IMG/VR virus record: IMGVR_UViG_3300027983_000017
Span: 1-59,925 of that record
Source of the DNA: a virus
Taxonomy: Duplodnaviria; Caudoviricetes
DNA length: 59,925 nucleotides
Direction: 5' to 3' (one strand)
Translations under genes and position numbers: made by a program
Notes under the pieces: generated by a model
Seen by the model: the letters and a program-made list of their open reading frames with translations, nothing else
What the model was told of the DNA's origin: nothing
Database searches by the model: none
Shown: in pieces, positions 51,301 through 55,500 of the stretch
Layout of the letters: each line of letters opens with the position of its first letter
How positions within the stretch are numbered: the first letter of the stretch is position 1

Positions 51301-52540
51301 TAGGTCTATCAATAACATGTTCTTCACCTTTTATAGTAATAACTGCTTCTCCTTTTTTTCCACCTGTACGTTCCGATTTAACTGTAACAATAGAGCTAAT
51401 AGCAGCATCATTATCTTCTAATACTGAAGTGATATTAGACAAATTTAATTTTTCAGGTTTAGTTTCACTTGCTCCTGTGCTTATACCTACAATATCAACT
51501 AAAGGTTGCTCTTGACTTTTTATAAGGTTTTGTCTAAATTCATAAAGTTCTTTAAACTCTTGTTGTTGTTGTTTTAAAGCTTTCTCAACGGGTATTCCTA
51601 AGTTTTTAGATATAAGGCTAGGAGTCATTATTTGATCTTGTTTACCATAAATATCAGTAACTCTATATATATTATTTTCTTTTCTAACATCTCTTAAGAA
51701 TTGATATACAATACTCCCTCCTAATTCTTTAGTTGTTATATTTCCCGTTTCATTAAAAAATAAATAGTTACCTTTAGCATCAGTAATTATCATTAAAAAT
51801 CTCTCAGAAGGAATAGTAACATTAGGTTGTGCTTGCCCTGTACTTGTAAGATGTAATGCACGCGTTACTGAGCTTGCTGTAGTTTTATCTAAATTTTCAA
51901 TATTAATTTTATCAATACTAACAGGTTGTAATTTTAAACTAGTATTTTCATAAATAAGTTCTCTTAAAGAAGTATTATTGTTAGCAATACTACTGATAGC
52001 ACTTAAGGTGTTATATATTGTTTTTTTACCAGCATCAAGAGTTTCAACATCTATAGTTTGATTAGGATTTAGTTGAATAAATTCTTGAAATGTAGTAGAT
52101 AAAGCAGACAAAGGTTTATTATTAAAATTACTTGGAATAACAGAATCTCCATCTGCTTCAGTAATTGTATATGCTAGGTTAGCTGCTTCTATTACTAATT
52201 CTTTTTGTACTTCAGGATTAAGTGTAGGATTAAAATAATTAACAGTATTTATTAAACCATTCTCTTCTTTTTTAAATTGTTTAATTAAGGGTCTAAGAAG
52301 ATCTGTTTTTATTTCAAAATCTTGAAGAGTTGGTCTAAAAGATGCTATGCCTATTAATGACGGGACTTGTTGCAAAAACTTAGATGCTGTATCCACATCT
52401 TTTGCTTTAGCAATTTTATTAAATAAATCTGTCATATATTGTTTAGCGTCAAAAGCTTCTTTTTGATTAAGCATGTGACCATAAACATTAGCATATAATT
52501 TCTCAATCTGAGAACTAGATAAAGCACAAGTTACTTTCAT
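33395..52540 (-). CDS. Giant virion RNA polymerase polyprotein (phi14:2 gp66-like) with two RNAP modules and accessory domains
   Basis: RIPVQG...SGTDFDGDKL (aa ~2334) and RIPTQS...AGSDFDIDKL (aa ~5680); two HExxH motifs; uninterrupted 6381-codon frame. Confidence 0.88.
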   Translation of the reverse strand: MKVTCALSSSQIEKLYANVYGHMLNQKEAFDAKQYMTDLFNKIAKAKDVDTASKFLQQVPSLIGIASFRPTLQDFEIKTDLLRPLIKQFKKEENGLINTVNYFNPTLNPEVQKELVIEAANLAYTITEADGDSVIPSNFNNKPLSALSTTFQEFIQLNPNQTIDVETLDAGKKTIYNTLSAISSIANNNTSLRELIYENTSLKLQPVSIDKINIENLDKTTASSVTRALHLTSTGQAQPNVTIPSERFLMIITDAKGNYLFFNETGNITTKELGGSIVYQFLRDVRKENNIYRVTDIYGKQDQIMTPSLISKNLGIPVEKALKQQQQEFKELYEFRQNLIKSQEQPLVDIVGISTGASETKPEKLNLSNITSVLEDNDAAISSIVTVKSERTGGKKGEAVITIKGEEHVIDRPNLTADVARKIAAALTNKNLSNLKKYNFVTQFLANNASQATRKHRLKYLPNTDKLIYSYSPTTYKERLSIFIVVNLDIDASSEIIYNSLMEASGVKGDYFGAKMTYNAKALNDNQFLDYDLGANKLNEDYSSYTEFLKTLPNTTVSIDLTKNTRTFNNNIEFALPNEFTAQLAKAKENTDIYIKDDLFDTLTDSADVEPILGVKQIKEKVVSILKTGTEIIGTISKPFGAVSRWNITTSDGMVIDFYNRVDVKSGNIDAGIVTNADIVKGVTLILIPEIEVKGKKFIDVVEVRSGNKLLGYVRESEIEDFNKPSDIAKQPVIQKSVEEIEVEINNVIDAKGEAKPEDKGAADVFFFRNADLPSDVTEEQVSNAKKWWANSLLNKHVGFREVANIVNSDAYARFIVSGATLNGNLGMIDLAAKGSMVDVYHEAWHAFSQLYLSRADKKALYKEVQKKLGSKADFFTIEEHLAESFREYARTGRTQKESPKRNSLFRKILNFLRELFGKGSVTDVTDIKKVKDLFDNLYLGTNLNNYLPSVDNVMFDLLYRNSGIVKTGTKTEQVLNRQDSNLLKDSMDSIISEISDEQTKIKKSKSVTLSLLLDSRNREPLYKLIKVKLDEKLTSYKEALDNTEDIEINAFKKEILENRIRILQAGVDNYGDTDTGLIKYHVDNSSFDLIKQKYTALELDEEGNLFDPQNIENSERYGDKKEGSKTLIQLAGKETLFILKSLHQGSINKKTKEIDYVYNNLGFKKLADFRTTWNSTVRAIAGMQDPQKMYDALVKESLSNVQFKQLVENKLANPETTTNNHYEFQAITSLWQAFSKSRVPYIQLSVFKTQAKEINTYGESVDKFITRSSMFEDDSYVRVYDYTSSVTEASSETLNIINNFKNKFSSSITNPYVDRVGRENIPTLNIQKIVNDFGIDGKLDIEKSFNFARAIGIHLDDLSIIKNTLKKNTDTIEQFGLPYIFTIIKKLSDLENKPFASSNAKALIVKFKTEPLETLMSSKVSKIQGLENINQKKQIKAIAELQARYGLDSSNTMVLNAERNLVSEHIENNTISKITFALNNAKVLSDLWTTDEFQYMSYMDPTTNPYTKRLATIRSLFDLNSAKQTRRNNKSLLLFMNSGTQIMNGTGVNTTNLDVNSKMLQEMNTMLKDGIQEFMRHASKSASFGARIEGGVIGLPGKEGSDKNLWVDLNMFADGTASDYAFKAHMLPYMEAEAERIYMFKQNKNIYKNYIGYNRDIGGGLMAGEVFTAFDNVLTTASKNAIYKGIDKALADNKTFNLKEFLNADTTGLLNIVKRNVKSYFDQQTKINDSDEVTFVDKELTNAMVKAGVSEDNVKNKLIEAYTYNSWIHNFEMAILFYGDISQYNHAVEELHKRNPGATSGGPAFRTDIAARKFVNSFLASSSYAKKEGLTPIIYNGTFNTAVVQDVKRTSVYLEQIEAGLREAYTKQYEKYKIPNAKAEIDRRVAIEISKYKNIEEADGQGFITFDAYRNLRYLEDAWSNDQESLFQKIKNGEEITISDTIELFPVYKLQNFGHLANTGLPVNAMHKFVLAPLIPSVIAGSDLESLHKQMMIGNIQYITFQTGSKVGSVTSNGSADIVYEKGSDEKILKKDIAFTKNTIYLENLKNVTNVPSKYKNKTVFSTQLRKLILSNMYSEGKIINSDNEKAVKRYEEAVENYSELLKLELLHEIHYTYDKTNNKYTGNLHDFLDVVQKELERKDIPEHLIHLVGLNRDNSLKTDLSIHLLADEIETILVALVEKRFIKQKVKGEALVQVSSAMSNGIWDSNLKKGTEAEVQQFLGTNNLPFYRRNADGTTNAMKVAIALQGDFVNLLKTKHLDGKPVETIVRLNEMIKNDDWLNLNNNRKSVTLSAVRIPVQGINSMEFMEVYAFLDPSAGPIIIPPTEIVAKSGTDFDGDKLTTFMPAIDAYGRFVRSSLTNDQVLDKVRAADKSSVASSIIKNQKAALENELITTISEILALSDNYASLVKPNDTYLLKNDIADKLAEYVTDYDRFSNMHNEAVRLDKNGKKIISPTRTLEVSYNLHKHEVNMVGKKVLGMIAIENSLHPMMNSIGVSLPAKYKNLKYNASLGRNVEGKKEFLTRLLLRHNKTKDGRISLSNIYSVDGLDSIGELFSQMLNGAVDVEKDAWIFFIQGNYETLPILLFLLKAGVPKKEAILFVSNPLVREYTKQQRTLKSTYAKITGFVEDDFENSFVKYQAGRNTLIKYVGEKESFYPTSNKKYYNTVQKATSRSGILNNAGNFDIALMTRLVEDPKNPAYEKHAIAMFLHFLELEKSTRGFTALKFMANPDTKTSKTLQELIRRNLTIDEGKALSTLEEGTIEKLQDSILGTFFDNKLISDLIIPVFPLRNNDIVTNYIVKKFKNNSVKITKSFGSTQDGARNFITAFKNAIPNYIFQNYMTNFVDEKGNLISMPKEYKGMDVVIKAGIKTGAEVIDGKLYVDEVKLKKQYAKKLYDRSNTTSENYASDGLRGFMNIEELFPNESTYFKYVFEREHQRSMYSLVSIKDSKDFKRLNDLIKDEKQAYEAYLNKKALINSFNRKAIMDLKGQSFTDLILNIIEDYPILTTKYDIISQFTKPNIATGQEVLSLNDVSALKDSQIAEIYHQNLLDLADETVKKVIDPVENKKISKAFEMLPLMSIYQNGIGYSKYGFNKALPYSNFIGVMQTASEIFMSNQLNNNTLDYIFDVVTDTKNKNFKNYVVSSQEYNNPLPITPVIDTISEDEADALLQKMNVSSQEPLTLEQSKNIDDLKFIELNEKIKTKLQQLYPEIKLEYSNNPIWEQGDNVFNQEEFNNQVQYRLKATEILLSTKADEVFRKGDKNNWNIDKILTELNVPKQQQELIKSFNTRNREQIVTNLLSNYSYTVEINTAKEKGKDYKMVDLGDGNFEPEPFEPDYDYDDEGNPFLTEQGIKDIEEIEGGINNTQHYSNLSAPGSTEGKSKYEGNPDWEYHELEFKTPAITPSIRGHAQFATHNGIGWARVWYNKKTGAVEIQEIQSDLFQKGRDKDNLINGSSLIYTLSNKNNKWQVNEPGIGDRKLYKEFNTKEEAILLSKELNKGSTFSKENQFLQLLNKDNNWVTFFVKSIIQDSAKKGYEKVLFPVGDTAAKVEGLQTVQGFIDNKEARINELNKNQLKYFATDMGNDWSPSGNETKKFNTKEEADLAGKEADFNSYEINVTKGVDNTIEIYQLETEIADAKSGKLKISSIAKFYEETVFNVLKKQGYSPIRITDEYGNGWYEVGINQTRELSNILLQRNEANRIIGQANIKAMTVLIDAVNQKADTLPHEYAHHYISWYRNSPIVQEAIKKWGSEEALVQSIGEQVVLQKGEALNWWNNFVKWILDKFNNLSKLDKQQLTNILTDAFLTRQDLGNKNVLTSEQNKNIDDLKSIEPAYAPYTNEQIQDFIESKIPDSKVKSPNYHGGKTNTDDFVKLKNKEDYEYRNPNSILGFFFSNSYITVASQYAQKDYDSIKSKLTGDNETDSFIMKSAPNKKGSVSPNLLNIKNPFIIQAKEWENESWVDKLNILTKEDKDTNWASDYKWTVDAYEKIGKHLKNLGYDSIYVNSDIELYNKTGIVDYITIQKVVFEPSQITILTSPKTIAEFKKFVGEQLTPEQNKNIEDLKFIEPAFADYTNEQIQSFIESKIPTDQDFNKKLITFFNNFGITFKEGDSSVDILRKIAYINPANENQDFINSSSKLLVQLLQASPNINFNHLQDLIEDTAEFKTNIKKQPEIEKIYDYLKAGNRIPMDEWVKYIAEYNKIKNSILEKFLQESLLDAKNNNSELHKFINKFLQWFKDLFNSAKNVKEITDAIISQVLVNNKEIILGDNNLQGKERVTLEKALSESKHGENIIKFLSSEGLTLVGSVAVAEQGSVYRKLGHLMHDIDWAVPFDYTGDPSVKLLTEFKGSQIVREFDSPTYYTKTYIVPPKGYKVTNMTFFKPDEFGENKYIASYDVVDSKGKVVSNYRRYYDVSVRSNKVTENREVYNEGLQNVPKDLNAASVDLFYNKEEVKYQPIKTKLSDGTEIKISHWLSAFTEKLKYGRNKDLVDWVNFTTNTFKNNSLNSPETTADIEDRHKQKQSKVYGLQFEEGGETIKLSTEHENEIMRGITSYFLNNMLQFKEGFFFDENTDPKDVYDAVRYHMENDMGIALEEKYSEEENPEGIDEVKNYYTIFNNWDKVVEAHTQYMKYNYGVEAAMDEESISEVERSTNDYAFLKEAYTFSTKDHMPHLVKMVIASLRETGSSPNYGLEQSVNPGSTHDYMMNLAHSSYSWAELKSKLLTFSDSRPELSEFVEKIEKLGQNAITETLQHFSQTKTSFLLGLVEDGEYRVIDANRNKLSAKIRKEWESSLMNIISGTVDPETKNRTLPNSAWAEIENLAKSLNNPHVESWHVFDRILNQFGIYTKTPSMYSDKEVYSMAGKPDTNIREIVSNILEYSDKADMGSLFSRSKGSVGGQIDYLVSKVVEKSKEAVELQHFNVDGTSVYDIGLNTYFSLLTNSWNSSNLDTFPQFNDVYSKNSVIKKRLLEGKKITHFFHEGVKNSKSPLVSVELSKMSPKDRAKKMVIDTLKGIYSFNRASDRKVESGFLINNGELLYNTTEEAYKAFRGYLVDEINFVRDRKGSNTQYVESNMINMGFFQDILKINDLGNKLQIQDIIEHEDFNIAERVIESKKELIDGALKVFFDSQKNYLKQILGEDIKSYKDEELDKFIHNYIGFNIETTKVFTGHPAYYKNTTDFFKRMSLYNATKKISRVGDVEFEHHLNKNYKRLDKKDTDRDIIKTITIKDIITSLAEEDLEDIVKLFSKTHTSAQVSAIKEEYQKANEANAQGWITLDEYRETHLRSKSWSDKLEALYQKEISGQGISLESLSYFPPLKTQYVGPDVNDISRYNPVSFKHSLLPLVPSVIKDTKLETISSYMTSKKIGILQTGSATKFGALINEGGNLHSLYTEGDGFITFEGAPEQLVNYKYFGIQLDIAPKVKTDITEGTQINKIALSNISDDGIFQNEELKALHEDYIKLNTDITNTLLESVESSMGIKIGVDGEVSVKDVTALKNYLIENITKRGANNNILSELDSIRPGKLDHLQSKKKIYDMVSALYNKKIISKKRSGSGHVQVSSSFFETKDTVRNTKFNSFLAFYKINEVETVPMEVITALPKNLYNIAEKLGKGDITKGVEIINEKYLSDPKYKDLFTWVGFRIPTQSLSSAEVFTIKKFLSPVGGDITIVPSAITVKAGSDFDIDKLNIYMPSFKVVDGKLVEDTQGVEGMFNKKLKIEKKLLLHPDNASQLLYPVLDKGSLYNNTQRIRKLEESSKGKRVENSYTDLFTLKANMTAFESFLSGKKGVGVTALQITHNTISQLYGIKIEADIFTEHNNKDGYVDFSQRKNKDGRLISEVLSEFLTAYVDVSKDPYIFDMNGYIEVSNVMFYLIRSGVSVEWAISFMNQPIIKSYVQEIRNTNSIFKESDKKDWDIQKDLIKKYKGDPYKLLSYYNGKIKGLEFAAKEYLPGLQKVEALVSVNLPDMYSNKELKTKEYLNTPLTNADLESEIKNPSQENQIKAFDQFIVYLEDSRRLSEVVTSSSLDTNGVSNISTIISNRLNTIARLSGDKKIRGYSRSMRGYYKPYKEVIERAMSLFVDLFTLDSYDIHSEFIKMAEQHAVDRDKFLILLRSEFTNYLVNTIGSVTNGTININRDLHRLFFGDNSLAVRLSNIKKNQRDPLYGNHAITQLVPIIKSRDTRIGDQDNIIMYNNKRTVYEENMLISAFSEIESLNPDLAKDIIKASYYQSGDTTSPFTYSSLIPPESHQRILNEALVKFNNMGRTERKYLIKNFLDKAFPSQNPKKISAYKEPISLTTKSSVRNVAVFSYPGMLPDGRVLDSIYILEPDKKLQLKYHKKEISDVLKSFKVSLDPKTLSKGDGYFLTSYGLSIDKEVERMIKEC
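40280..43000 (-). repeat. Three dispersed linker repeats inside the virion RNAP gene (about 40280-40387, 40985-41092, 42953-43000)
   Basis: LT.EQ.KNI.DLK.IE occurs three times; two copies extend to PA.A.YTNEQIQ.FIESKIP and are also similar at the DNA level. Confidence 0.85.
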
Positions 52541-52544
52541 AATT

Positions 52545-55500
52545 TTAACATTCTATATCATCCAACAATTCATCATCTAAGTCCTTTAATGCTTTAGTAG
52601 ATACAGCATTTTCAATTTTATCTAATTGAGCTGTATCTTTAATAAAGCTATCCGTTAAATCTATAGATGTTTCAATTTTTTGTTTATCTTCTGTACTTAA
52701 TGATTCTTTAGTTTCTATCGCACTCATCACCACATTGTTTAATGTAAATATTTTATTTAAATCTTTAAAGCTAAACACTATTTCATTAGCTGTACCTAGT
52801 ATTAAATCCATACCTTGTACTGCAACAGTTACTGTTTTATCTACAAGATTAATAGATTGCATAACTAAAGTATCATTTGCATCTGCAAAGACTTCACTTT
52901 TATTATTACCCTCTTCTGTAAAGATAATGTTTTTTGCAATAAGTTTTGTACCAACAGTTAATGTTTCAGGAACAATTTTTACTGTTTGAGGATTAGCTAA
53001 TTCTTCTTTTTTCTGTTTAGCTAATATTGCCATTTCTTGTAAATCTTCTTGAGCAACATTTCCTTCAGGAATTTTAATTGATAATTCCGTAATAACAACT
53101 TGAAGTTCTTCTTGTGAATTAACTTTAGCAAGATCAGCTTTAAAATCACTTACTCTATATCTTAAAGAATCGTCAATAACTTCTACTTTTCTTTCTTCTT
53201 GTTCTGCTTTAATAGCAGGAGATTCTGTATCATCACTAGACTCGGCATCTACAGGAACTATGTTAGCCTTAGCTTCTGTATTCATCAATACTTCTTTTTC
53301 TACAACCGGTACAAAAGCATCGGCTTCAGCTTGAACACCTTTTTTGTCTAAGGATACTAAAAAGTCAGTAGCTAATATAGTTGGTGAACTCGGTTTATTA
53401 GCAGAAACTATTTTACTATCTGTACCAGTAACAATTATTTCAATTGGTAAAACAGCTGCGTTAACACTTACACCAAGCATGTTAGATAATAAATTTGCTT
53501 TAGTAAGTAATAATAAACTTGTTTTTTTAAGTTTAGACTTAGGGTTATCTTTTTTCTTAAAGACATCCCAATTAGTTTTTGAATCAGCAATTACATCTAC
53601 TATGGTAAGATTACCTTTTGTATCAGCTATAACTAAACCTACTTTACTAGCTATTTTAGTTTTTTCATCAAAAATTATAAAATCTTCAGAAATAATAACT
53701 AACTCACCATTATCTACTCTTTGTTTTATGGCTGTGACATAACCTTTTGGACCAAATAAATTATCAAAAGCTTCTTGAGTTATCCTAGCAGGATTAAATT
53801 CAGGACCACTCTCAACACTAAATAAATTTTTAACTTGTTCATCAATATATTGCTTAAATATAGAATTTTCTTCTGCTACACCCGTTAATTCTTCTATTGT
53901 TTTATACAATTCATTATTTATAGTAATACCTTCGGAAGTTATTGTTATTTCTCCTTGAGTTTCTTTAAGAGTTTTTAGTTTATCAGAAGCAATTATTAGT
54001 TCTGGTGTTAAACCTTTTCTAGATCTTGTAGCAATAAGTTTTTCTAAATCAGTAATTATAATCTTATATTTACTCTTATCTGTCTTATCTTCCGGAGTAA
54101 TATCTTCTTTTGCTTCAATACTTACAACTAAAGCTTTAATTCTTCTTTGGGCTGCTCTAAGGTCTTTTACTGTTTTTATACTCTCAGTATTAACTTTTTT
54201 ACCTTGATACATATATTCAAATTCACCTTTTTCCCCAGTTTCTTGTGTAACAGTTTCTAATTTTTTAGCTTTATTAAAGTTATCTATCTCAATTCTTGCA
54301 TCTTTGTTTGTCTTTAAAAAGTTATTGAACAAATTTGATACTTGTTCATCTGTTAAATTTTGATTTTCTTCATCAGAAAGTTTAGAAATAACTATTTCTT
54401 GAAAAGAAGTGAATAGTTTATTGTGTAAAGCAGGGTATTCTGAAAGACTCTCTTCATCTCCTATAATAGGAACAAAATCTTTAACAACGGTTGACTCTTC
54501 TTTTATTAATTTTTCTTTATAATTAGCATAGTCTTCACTTATTTTATTTTTAAAGTCTATATATTTTTGTTTAATAGCTTCTGCTAAGACCGGATCTGCT
54601 TGTTCACTTAATGTATAAACTTCAACACTATCAAAAATAATAGCTAGAGCTGACATATTTTCAATAACTTCTCCATTTATATTATCTAACTTTAATTGAT
54701 TTTCAGCATCCTTAAATAAAACAAAAGGAGTATCACTACCATATTCACCATCAGCATATTGGTTAGACTCTAACTCACTATTAATCTTTGTTAATGTAAT
54801 TTTGCCTGTAGCATTAGGAATAATTTTTTTAATAAGAGTTCTTACTTCTTTTTTAGGCAGATTTTCTAATTCAATTTGCATAGCTTTATCAGCATCTTCT
54901 AGATCTTTCTTAAGTTGTGCATCTAAAGATTCAGGTACAGTTGTTGTTTTTTGATCTTTAAGTTCTGCAGCTTTTTCAAATTCTTCATAATAAACATCAT
55001 ATTCAGGAGTACCTTCAGGTATAATCATTTTACCAGCATGATCAAAAAATTCTGAAGGAGGTGTGCCATTTTCTTGCCAAGCTTGAAAATCTTCCATGCT
55101 AATATAAATACTTTTATTAGCTAAAGAATTAAGTAAAGCATTATCAATGACAACACTTAAATGTTCAGTAATCATTTTTTCATATATACTTCCTCTTTTT
55201 GCATATAATTCTTGCATCCATTCACTATTTCTAACTGCGCTTTCTATAAAAGCATTTGGATCATGAATTAAGTTAACATAATTCATTAATTTTCTTGATT
55301 CAGAATCTAGTTTATAATGATCAGCTAATAATTCATATGAATCATCTACATCTTTATCAAATATATAATCACCATCTAAGCTAGCAAGAGCTTTTAAATA
55401 TTCTTTATATGAAGCCTCATGTTCTGAATATTTTTTTATTTTATTTTCCTCAGTAAACTCTCCATGATTATCATTTAATAATTTTTCTATTTCCTCATCT

